DNA from: an uncultured Bacteroidales bacterium
Lineage (GTDB): Bacteria; Bacteroidota; Bacteroidia; Bacteroidales; UBA3663
Assembly: GCA_946631995.1 (NCBI GenBank)
Contig: CAMPAQ010000017.1
Span: forward strand, 16,306 to 80,305
Length of the DNA stretch: 64,000 nt
Direction of reading: 5' to 3'
Shown piece after piece: positions 56,500 through 64,000 of the stretch. Position 1 is the first letter of the stretch. Each line of letters opens with the position of its first letter. The translations under genes were made by a program, and so were the position numbers. The notes below the pieces were generated by a model. That model saw nothing but the letters and a program-made list of their open reading frames with translations, was not told the DNA's origin and did not search any database.

Positions 56500-58083
56500 T
56501 CAGCTCATCAACGGCACGCGGATGATGAACGTCGTGCCTTGTCCGAACTCCGACTCGGCCTTGATCTGACCGCCGTGGTCGTGAACGATTTTCCAGACGT
56601 AGGCCAATCCGAGGCCAAAGCCCTTCACGTTGTGCAGATTGCCGGTCGGCACGCGGTAGAACTTCTCGAAGATGCGTTTTAGATTCTCCTTTTCGATGCC
56701 TATTCCATTGTCCGCTACGCGAATTTCCAGGCTCTTTTCATCCGGATTGGATGTCGTGACCTTGAGGTGCAGCGGCACATCTTCGCGAGCGTACTTGTAG
56801 GCATTGTCCAACAGGTTGAAAATCACGTTGGTGAAGTGCATTTCATCCACGTAGCAGACATCGTCTTCGGCATTAAGTTCGGCTTCGATGTGGCCTCCTG
56901 CCCTTTCGACCTTGATGGTGAAGGTGTTGACCACGCTGTCGATCAATGCGTTGATGCAAAGTTCCTTCTGCTTCAAGTTGGTTCGCTGCTTCTCGAACAT
57001 CGACATCTGCAGCACCTTTTCGACCAGGAAACGCAGACGTTTCGTTTCGTCGTCGATGACACCCGTCAGGCGCTTTACCCTGTCGGACGAAATGCTGATT
57101 GTCGGATCGTTCAACATCTGGGCGGCCAACGAAATGCTCGAGATCGGCGTCTTGAACTCATGCGTCATGTTGTTCACGAAGTCGTTCTTCATCTCGCTCA
57201 GCTTCTTGCTGCGGAAAACAACAACGATGACAAAGATAAAGAGAAAAAGAACTACCGCAGTGAAAAAAAACGACGGAAGCATAAAATTAAGGCTCGAACT
57301 GAGCAAAAATCGCTGCGAACTGGGAAAATAGACCTCAACATAGTTGTAGCGGTCCTGCATTCCGGGGGCATCGGTGCCCTGGCTGTCGAACAGAATCTGC
57401 ATGAAGCTGCCGGCCTTTTCAGCGACTGAAGCCTTGTATCCCGGCGACTGGTAGGCATTGCGGCCATCCTTATCGACCACGCAAAATTCGAATGGCAGGT
57501 CGTAGCCGTCGTGGCTCAAATTGTCGGCAATCATCTTCTTGAGCTGTTCGATGTCGATGCGCTCCATGATCGGACGGTCGTTGTTCTTGACCATGAGGCG
57601 GAAGAAAACGTCGTCGAACACATCCCTCTTGTGCATATACTGCCGGAACAGCATATCCTGACGCGTCTTCTGACGGCTCTGGATATTGTTCTTGCCACGC
57701 GGGCCGACAGTGAAATGCGTCATTGTGTCGATGCCATTGTATTCAAAGGTCTGCACCGACCCGTCGGGATTCGTGAGCGTGACTTTGCTGTGCGTGCGGC
57801 TCCATGTTTTGGAATGTGCGCGCGGCATGACATCCTCGTCGTCGTGGAACATCTGTTCGAGCACGGCGCGCGTCTCGTCGTCGAAATTTGCGTCAAGATA
57901 AGCGCGCGTCTCCTGTCTCTCCAACTGTCGGCTGACCATTGTGAGCGCACGGTTCACGGCATGATTGAACTGCTCCCGCCGGCTCGCAAGAATCTCATCC
58001 AAATAAGAGAACTGGATGGCAATCAAGCCGACAAGTGCGATGAAAAGGGCAATTGATATGTACCAAATGGTGGATTTTCGCAT
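56500..58083 (-). CDS. two-component sensor histidine kinase
   Basis: Two TM segments, H-box NMTHEFKTPISSI, N/G boxes (DNGIGI, GFGLGL). Confidence 0.88.
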   Translation of the reverse strand: MRKSTIWYISIALFIALVGLIAIQFSYLDEILASRREQFNHAVNRALTMVSRQLERQETRAYLDANFDDETRAVLEQMFHDDEDVMPRAHSKTWSRTHSKVTLTNPDGSVQTFEYNGIDTMTHFTVGPRGKNNIQSRQKTRQDMLFRQYMHKRDVFDDVFFRLMVKNNDRPIMERIDIEQLKKMIADNLSHDGYDLPFEFCVVDKDGRNAYQSPGYKASVAEKAGSFMQILFDSQGTDAPGMQDRYNYVEVYFPSSQRFLLSSSLNFMLPSFFFTAVVLFLFIFVIVVVFRSKKLSEMKNDFVNNMTHEFKTPISSISLAAQMLNDPTISISSDRVKRLTGVIDDETKRLRFLVEKVLQMSMFEKQRTNLKQKELCINALIDSVVNTFTIKVERAGGHIEAELNAEDDVCYVDEMHFTNVIFNLLDNAYKYAREDVPLHLKVTTSNPDEKSLEIRVADNGIGIEKENLKRIFEKFYRVPTGNLHNVKGFGLGLAYVWKIVHDHGGQIKAESEFGQGTTFIIRVPLMS

Positions 58084-58287
58084 AATGCTTACGGACTAAC
58101 CGCGTTTTTAACTTTCGGCTGCAAGTTTAACTTAAATAATTAACACTTGAAAGAAAAAAGTCGAAAAAAAGATTGGCTTTATACTTAATTAACAGCCGAC
58201 GTTTCGTTTGGCAATAAAATGTGAAAAGATTTTGGATTTCAAAGTTTTTATTTGGAGTTTTTCCGAAAGCTCAGTACCTTTGCCGCC

Positions 58288-60330
58288 ATGAAATCGAACC
58301 TTCGAACACTCATTATATATATAGCATTAACAATTGCAGGCGCGCTCTCGACCAACTTGAACGCGCAGCAGAAGCCCGAAGGGAATTCCCCACAAAAAGA
58401 TGACCGACAGGCCGCCGACACCGTCAAAGAAGATCCATGCATACCTCTGCAAGACGGCCGACGCTGCTGGACAATGAACGCGCTGACGGGTCTGACCTCG
58501 CCGGCTCGTCCCGACACGTCGTTCCTCAACCTGGGCAACCGGCAGAGCATGGAGAGCAAGGCATTGGCCCTCGTCCACACAGGCAACCTCTACAGCCCGC
58601 ACCTCGTGCAAGCTTACTTCGACCGACACATCGGCCACGACTTCATCTTCGCCAATGCCTACAACCTGTTCCGCATCGACCCGTCGCAACAGCTATACTA
58701 CAACAGCAAGCTGCCATGCACCGTGTTGAGCTACTCGAAGGAGGGCGGCGGACTTCAGACCAACGACCATCTGAAAATCAACTTCTTCGGCAATTTCAAC
58801 CGGCAAGTCGGCATCGGCACAAGCCTCGACTATGTGTATGCCCGCGGTGAATATGCCGAAAGCGCGACAAAGCCGCTCAAATGGAACAGCTACGCCTACT
58901 ACGAGGGTGACCAATACAAGTGCTACGCGAATTTTGCGCTCAGCAAGCTGGCCAATCAGGAAAACGGCGGCATCGCCGACCGAGGCTACGTGCTTTATCC
59001 GGACAACTACGCGGACAATTTCACCGACCCTAAGAACATGCCGACAAATCTGGTCGAGACTTGGAACGACACCGACCAGCGCCAGTTCCACTTCCAGCAC
59101 AGCTTCGACCTCGGCACATGGGAGGAGCGTTCGGAGCCGGGCGACACCGCCGTCTGGGACGAATTTGTGCCAGTCGCAACCATATTCCACAACATCGACT
59201 TCGAGCATCTGCACCACAATTTCCGCATGGACAATGGAGCTGACGCATCGGCCGACGGAATGTATGCCAACAACTTCTACGACTCCAGCCTGACGCACGA
59301 CTCGACATCCTACCGCAACTTCTCGACCTACGCCGGAATCCGTCTGAACGAAGGCTTCAGCCGCTTTTCGCAGTTCTCGCTCGGCGCATTCATCGGCTAT
59401 GAGCGGCAACACTACACCATGCTGCAAGACACTCTCGAGCTGAGCTACATCGGCCGCAACCACTATTCCAACAACGTCTGGGCCGGCGGTCAGCTGAGCC
59501 GGCATCTGTCGTCGCTCTTTACGGTCGATGCAACTGCGCGCACTGCCATTTCTGGCGACAAAGTAGGCGATATCGACATTGCAGGCAAGGTGCAGATGGT
59601 CATTCCGTTCGGTACGGCCGATGCGGAGAGTGGCACGCGGTCGGACAGCATTATCATCGAGGCCGATGCTGCATTGCGCAACAGCCGCGTCTCCTACCTG
59701 ATGGATCACTACTTCAGCAACCACTTCCGCTGGAGCAACGATTTCGACCGCGAACAACAAGTCCGCATTGAAGGCCGCCTCTCCTATCCGCGCACACGGT
59801 CAAGCGTACGCGTCGGCATCGAACACATCAACAATTTCCACTATTTCGGTGCCGATGGTCTGCCACACCAATTCGACAAACAAATGGACGTCTTCGCTCT
59901 GGAGATGCGTCAAGGACTTTGGGCCGGCAAGTGGCTCCAGTGGGACAATGCCGTGCTCATACAGACATCGACCGACGACGAGGTGCTTGCCTTGCCCAAC
60001 GTCAGCGTCGAGAGCGACCTTTCGTTCCATTTTCGCATTGCACGGACGCTGTCGGTTCAGGCCGGAGTTGCCGCATACTACAACACGGCATACTATGCGC
60101 CTAATTATCAGCCCGCTACGCAGCAATTCTGCACACAACACTCCATCAAGTGCGGCAACTATCCGCTACTGAACGGCTACGTGAATTGCAACTTGAAGCG
60201 CATCAAATTCTTCCTCACCGTACACAACATGCTGGAAGATGCCGTGACCAACGACATGTTCCTCATGCCCTACTATCCGCACCAGAGCCGCCGCATCGAA
60301 TATGGCATGATTCTGGATTTGCAGAATTGA
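58288..60330 (+). CDS. putative outer-membrane porin (Porin_10-like hypothetical OMP)
   Basis: ORF 58252..60330 trimmed to MKSNLRTLIIYIALTIAGALSTNLNAQQ. 680 aa, alternating-hydrophobic beta-strand pattern, C-terminal aromatic. Divergent from the kinase/regulator operon. Confidence 0.55.
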   Translation: MKSNLRTLIIYIALTIAGALSTNLNAQQKPEGNSPQKDDRQAADTVKEDPCIPLQDGRRCWTMNALTGLTSPARPDTSFLNLGNRQSMESKALALVHTGNLYSPHLVQAYFDRHIGHDFIFANAYNLFRIDPSQQLYYNSKLPCTVLSYSKEGGGLQTNDHLKINFFGNFNRQVGIGTSLDYVYARGEYAESATKPLKWNSYAYYEGDQYKCYANFALSKLANQENGGIADRGYVLYPDNYADNFTDPKNMPTNLVETWNDTDQRQFHFQHSFDLGTWEERSEPGDTAVWDEFVPVATIFHNIDFEHLHHNFRMDNGADASADGMYANNFYDSSLTHDSTSYRNFSTYAGIRLNEGFSRFSQFSLGAFIGYERQHYTMLQDTLELSYIGRNHYSNNVWAGGQLSRHLSSLFTVDATARTAISGDKVGDIDIAGKVQMVIPFGTADAESGTRSDSIIIEADAALRNSRVSYLMDHYFSNHFRWSNDFDREQQVRIEGRLSYPRTRSSVRVGIEHINNFHYFGADGLPHQFDKQMDVFALEMRQGLWAGKWLQWDNAVLIQTSTDDEVLALPNVSVESDLSFHFRIARTLSVQAGVAAYYNTAYYAPNYQPATQQFCTQHSIKCGNYPLLNGYVNCNLKRIKFFLTVHNMLEDAVTNDMFLMPYYPHQSRRIEYGMILDLQN

Positions 60331-60383
60331 ACAACGCCAACAGAACAAATCCCTGCGGCACAAAAATCCGCGTAGTGAGACAC

Positions 60384-60420
60384 AAAAAAAGGAACGCACC
60401 GATGTACGTTCCTTCTTTTT
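60384..60420. terminator. bidirectional terminator between the porin-like gene (+) and the alcohol dehydrogenase gene (-)
   Basis: AAAAAAAGGAACG-CACCGATGTA-CGTTCCTTCTTTTT. Confidence 0.65.
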
Positions 60421-60438
60421 GTGTTCTTATCTGCGATA

Positions 60439-61593
60439 TTACAGCACCTTCTTGTAGAGGGCGACGATGTCGGCACGAGTGACCTTGCGCGGGTTGCCCG
60501 GAGTGCAGACGTCGGCAATTGCCTGATCTGCCAAAGCGTCGATGTCCTTCTCGAAGATTCCGATTTCTGACAAATGCTGTGGAATGCCGACCTCGACTGC
60601 CAACTGACGGACAGCATCGCAAGCAGCCTGAGCAGCCTCAATCTTGGTCATGCCCTCCTTGTAGGCACCCATTGCCTTGGCGATTTCGACATACTTGTCG
60701 CGGCAAACCGGAGCGTTGAACTCCATGATGGTTGGCAACAACAAAGCGTTGGCCACACCGTGAGGAATGTTGTGCAACGATCCCATCGGATGTGCCATGC
60801 CATGAACGACACCCAGACCCACATTCGAGAATGCCATACCGGCAACATACTGAGCCAAAGCCATTCCTTCGCGGCCAACTGGATTAGATGGATCGAACAC
60901 AGCCAAGCGCAAGTATTTGTTGATGAGGCGGATGGCCTCGATTTCAAACATATCTGACAGCTCCCAAGCGGCCTTTGTGATATAGCCTTCGATGGCGTGT
61001 GTCAAAGCATCGAGACCCGTTGCTGCGGTTGTTCCCTTTGGCAGAGAATACATCAGCTCGGCGTCGATGATTGCGCAATAAGGGATGTCGTTCGGATCAA
61101 CACAGACCATCTTCTTGTGCTTCTCCTCGTCGATGATGACGTAGTTGATAGTCGTCTCGGCTGCGGTGCCCGCGGTGGTCGGGAAACAGATGATCGGCAC
61201 AGTCTTCTTCTTGGTTGGAGCAACGCCCTCCAGGCTTACGACGTCCGAAAATTCAGGGTTGTTGGTCACAATGCCGATGCCCTTGGCCGTGTCAATGCTC
61301 GAACCGCCACCGATTGCAACGAGGAAGTCTGCGCCGCTCTTGGCCAACGCAGCCACGCCGTTCTTCACATTGGTTACTGTCGGGTTTGGCACAACTTCGC
61401 TATAGATTTCGTATGGAATGCCAGCCTCGTCCATCACGTCGGTGACCATCTTGCACACGCCGAACTTGACCAGATCCTTGTCGGTCACGACGAGAGCCTT
61501 CTTGTAGCCCAAGCGGTTAACAACTCCAGGCAACTCCTTACGGCTACCTGCTCCGAAATAACTCAGTTCGTTAAGAATAAAACGATTGACCAT
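60439..61593 (-). CDS. iron-containing alcohol dehydrogenase (lactaldehyde / 1,2-propanediol oxidoreductase-like)
   Basis: 384 aa, GGGSSIDTAKG glycine motif and His-cluster metal site (HAMEGY, HGVANA). Confidence 0.85.
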   Translation of the reverse strand: MVNRFILNELSYFGAGSRKELPGVVNRLGYKKALVVTDKDLVKFGVCKMVTDVMDEAGIPYEIYSEVVPNPTVTNVKNGVAALAKSGADFLVAIGGGSSIDTAKGIGIVTNNPEFSDVVSLEGVAPTKKKTVPIICFPTTAGTAAETTINYVIIDEEKHKKMVCVDPNDIPYCAIIDAELMYSLPKGTTAATGLDALTHAIEGYITKAAWELSDMFEIEAIRLINKYLRLAVFDPSNPVGREGMALAQYVAGMAFSNVGLGVVHGMAHPMGSLHNIPHGVANALLLPTIMEFNAPVCRDKYVEIAKAMGAYKEGMTKIEAAQAACDAVRQLAVEVGIPQHLSEIGIFEKDIDALADQAIADVCTPGNPRKVTRADIVALYKKVL

Positions 61594-61604
61594 GATTGTG
61601 TTAT

Positions 61605-61626
61605 GGTTAAAAGGTTAAAAGGTTAA
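61605..61626. repeat. tandem octamer (GGTTAAAA) x 2.75 just upstream of the alcohol dehydrogenase start codon
   Basis: GGTTAAAAGGTTAAAAGGTTAA lies 12 nt upstream of the minus-strand ATG at 61593. Confidence 0.7.
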
Positions 61627-61862
61627 TAATTATGTTGATACTAAAACATATCGGCAAAGACTTATGGTTATTTTCGCGACAAATCCGTCATGCTTCAAAA
61701 AACCGCTGGCAAAGATATAGAAAAAACGTATGCCCGCAAATCTTTTCCGAGAAAAAATTCTTGCCTTTATTTCGGCCGATAAAATTTGCTCCCAGTCCAA
61801 TTATCACGACAAAGAAATCAAGAAGCATCTACGCATGAGCGATAAATTTTAGTATCTTTGCC

Positions 61863-61870
61863 AACCGAAA
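61863..61870 (+). promoter_or_regulatory. candidate yqiA-like gene promoter -7 box TATCTTTG
   Basis: Consensus match 20 nt upstream of the ATG at 61890. Confidence 0.4.
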
Positions 61871-61889
61871 ATCAACAACAAAGCATACA

Positions 61890-62480
61890 ATGAAGAAAAT
61901 CATCTACTTTCACGGCTTCTCGTCAGCCGGGTCAACCGGCACAGCCACCAATCTGCGAAACTATCTGTATGACAAGGATGTACGCGTGCTTAGTCCCGAC
62001 ATTCCAGTCAGTCCTGCCGAGGCAGTCACCTTCTTGAAAGACTTCGTTGCCGCCGAACAGCCAGACCTCATCATCGGCACAAGTATGGGCGGCTTTTATG
62101 CAGAAATGCAGCATGGCTATAAGCGCATTCTGGTCAACCCATCGTTCCACATGGCCAAACTGCTAACCTTCAGAGGACTTGGAAACGTCGAGTTCCAGAA
62201 CAAACGTGCCGACGGCGCTACGCACTTTAAGGTGGACAAACAGATGATTGAAGAGTTCCGTACCGCAGAGAAACTCTCCTTTCAAGGCATAACAGCCGAA
62301 GACCGCGACCTTGTCTATGGTCTGTTTGGGAAAAATGACAAGACAGTCAATACCCAGGGGGATTTCACCAAGCACTACGGCAAAGAGCATTTTGTCATCT
62401 TCGATGGAGAACATCGTCTGAACGACAAGATTGTCAAATCTACCGTCGTTCCACTGATACACCAGCTTCTGGAACTGTAA
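61890..62480 (+). CDS. YqiA-like esterase (UPF0227, alpha/beta hydrolase)
   Basis: MKKIIYFHGFSS ... GTSMGG nucleophile elbow. Confidence 0.75.
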   Translation: MKKIIYFHGFSSAGSTGTATNLRNYLYDKDVRVLSPDIPVSPAEAVTFLKDFVAAEQPDLIIGTSMGGFYAEMQHGYKRILVNPSFHMAKLLTFRGLGNVEFQNKRADGATHFKVDKQMIEEFRTAEKLSFQGITAEDRDLVYGLFGKNDKTVNTQGDFTKHYGKEHFVIFDGEHRLNDKIVKSTVVPLIHQLLEL

Positions 62481-62508
62481 CCGAAGCTGCAATCGTAGAA
62501 ATATGGAA

Positions 62509-62540
62509 GGGACACGTTACGAAAACGTATCCCTTATTTT
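62509..62540 (+). terminator. terminator after the yqiA-like gene
   Basis: GGGACACG-TTACGAAAA-CGTATCCC followed by TTATTTT. Confidence 0.5.
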
Positions 62541-62692
62541 AATGTCCGCTACTTTGCGACCAAAATTGTACTTTCTATTATTGCTGGCCTATTAGACTAA
62601 AATCTCACACAATAACAAAAAAAGGCTGATTCCTCGCAGGAGTCAGCCCTATGGTTTATTAATCGGGAATAAGTCTACATCCCATATTTTTT

Positions 62693-63259
62693 CTAAACAG
62701 TTGGCAATAATATTTCTCTTACCTCCATCAGAATGAAACCAAGTCGGTTCTCTCCTTTCCAGAAATGAGGAATGTTAATATCTGCCTCATCTTCACCTTT
62801 ACCTACGCCCCAGATCTTATCGTATGGACTTGCCTCGACTAAGGTTGAGTTGCCCGTAGATAGCAGAAAATCTTTCAGTTTCTTGTTTTGACTAAACTTG
62901 TGTAGATTACCATTATAGACGACCTCAATACTTTTTTCATTCCAGACTTCAGCGTCAAAATTGGGAACCAATCGCCCTAGTTTCTTAATGACTGAAGGAT
63001 CTGAAGATTCAAGAATTTTTGACCTAATCGCTTCGTCACCAAAAATCCTGGCCTTCTCTGCCATCATATACTGTTCGGCACAATTATATGTGATGCCGTC
63101 AACGACAAATGTCGATGAATACCACTGGCTAAGACATGCTTTTGTGATTTTACCTTTTTTTTCTTCATGTTTCCAAAAATAGACAAAATCGTCATAGAAG
63201 AATGAATCAACGGCAAGCATTAGTCCGCTACGAGTATATTTCAAGTCCTCCATCCTCAT
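62693..63259 (-). CDS. NADAR-domain protein (YbiA/DUF1768 family)
   Basis: ITYNCAEQYMMAEKARIFGD and WGVGKGED motifs of the NADAR fold. Lies in an AT-rich islet. Confidence 0.7.
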   Translation of the reverse strand: MRMEDLKYTRSGLMLAVDSFFYDDFVYFWKHEEKKGKITKACLSQWYSSTFVVDGITYNCAEQYMMAEKARIFGDEAIRSKILESSDPSVIKKLGRLVPNFDAEVWNEKSIEVVYNGNLHKFSQNKKLKDFLLSTGNSTLVEASPYDKIWGVGKGEDEADINIPHFWKGENRLGFILMEVREILLPTV

Positions 63260-63353
63260 ATGCTTCAGTTTATATATTGATTGATGTTAATGTTTCCAAC
63301 TTCACTTTAAATATTCGGGTCAAAGGAGCAGTTTTTCCTCCCCACGATAGAAT

Positions 63354-63683
63354 TTACATATACTTAACACGTTTTTTCCCATACTCAAAAATCAAATGAA
63401 CGTCATAAGGCATCCACTTCTCCAGCATAGCCTCGGCGAACATGACAAACCCTTTATTCTCGATAGGCACATCGGGGTCGGTCATATAGTTCTTTTTATC
63501 TGGATTGTTTTTAACATAGTTGCGGGCTTGGACCTCCCATTCACTGCTATCAAAATCTTTTAGATATTGAAACTCCAACTCCCAAAAAAGAGCGTCAGTC
63601 CAACCGTGTTCAAATGGGTTTTCGCTTTCGCCCTTATAATAAAGGCAGAACTCACGAAATTTATTATTACGAAAAAAATCCAT
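63354..63683 (-). CDS. hypothetical protein
   Basis: 109-aa ORF with low GC and no recognisable motif; immediately upstream of the NADAR gene on the same strand. Confidence 0.4.
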   Translation of the reverse strand: MDFFRNNKFREFCLYYKGESENPFEHGWTDALFWELEFQYLKDFDSSEWEVQARNYVKNNPDKKNYMTDPDVPIENKGFVMFAEAMLEKWMPYDVHLIFEYGKKRVKYM

Positions 63684-63882
63684 GATGTTAAAGGTTTGGG
63701 ATTATAGATCTGTGTATATTGACTTGTTTTCAACCTGTAGGCCGTGAACAATTGGCACAAATATACTTATTACGACAATCATTCACAAAAAAAGAGAAAT
63801 TATTTTAAAAATCGGGGTATAATTCCATTATTTTACAAAACTTACCACAAAAATAGAAATAAACCATAGTGTCTGTTCATAC

Positions 63883-63916
63883 AAAAAAAGAGGAGTCCTC
63901 TAAGTGAGAACTCCTC
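63883..63916 (-). terminator. terminator at the 3' end of the rRNA operon (downstream of 5S)
   Basis: On the minus strand: GAGGAGTTCTC-ACTTA-GAGGACTCCTC followed by TTTTTTTG. Confidence 0.7.
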
Positions 63917-63918
63917 TC

Positions 63919-64000
63919 GTAAGGTGGCCGCTTCCTACTCTCCCACGTTGGCAGTACCATCGGCGTTGCAAGGTTTAACTTCTCTGTTCGGAATGGTAAG
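63919..64000 (-). rRNA. rrf: 5S ribosomal RNA, 3' portion (gene continues beyond window end)
   Basis: Reverse complement reads ...CCATTCCGAACAGAGAAGTTAAACCTTGCAACGCCGATGGTACTGCCAACGTGGGAGAGTAGGAAGCGGCCACCTT, matching the conserved 5S helix IV/V region. Followed on the minus strand by a hairpin and a T-run. Confidence 0.85.

Noticed and set aside
63684-63900. tRNA genes in the spacer preceding the 5S rRNA
   Set aside because: No cloverleaf-compatible sequence (GTTC-type T-arm, CCA-proximal acceptor stem) was found. The region is AT-rich spacer ending in the rrn terminator.

Overview
This 64-kb window looks like a Bacteroidales chromosome, probably a Prevotella-like genome. The evidence is the TAnnTTTG -7 promoter boxes, a BspA-type LRR surface protein, an OmpR-type histidine kinase/response regulator pair (rprX/rprY-like) and roughly 50-55% GC; the taxonomic call is inference. 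Gene content is mostly housekeeping. It includes ruvC (partial), maf, kdsC, ilvE, an OmpA-family protein, rplY-pth-hslR, a CCA-type nucleotidyltransferase, yraN, ruvA, folP, glmS with an upstream DUF4954 protein, speA plus carboxynorspermidine dehydrogenase, azlCD, queH, and the 3' end of a 5S rRNA at the window edge. A complete hexuronate catabolic cluster (uxaA, uxaB, uxaC, kdgK, eda, exuT) sits next to a 1605-aa GH2-GH35 two-domain glycosidase. A separate GH88/GH105-type unsaturated uronyl hydrolase lies further downstream. Several secreted and envelope proteins are present, including a 999-aa BspA-like lipoprotein built from nearly identical 69-bp tandem repeats. The most interesting non-coding observation is a ~175-nt element present twice (4019-4195 and 27868-28045). 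Both copies sit in the 5' leaders of envelope-protein genes, and their long-range stems differ by compensatory base changes, which argues for a conserved RNA structure. Other observations are listed below: ~100-bp direct repeats bracketing a small membrane-protein gene, an approximately 20-fold over-represented octamer (CATTGGCC/GGCCAATG, with a CATCGGCC variant) that appears in several reading frames, a long GC-rich speA leader, and an AT-rich NADAR-containing islet next to the rRNA operon. I saw no CRISPR arrays, transposases or integrases. No BLAST or other search was possible; all calls rest on reading the ORF translations and the DNA directly.
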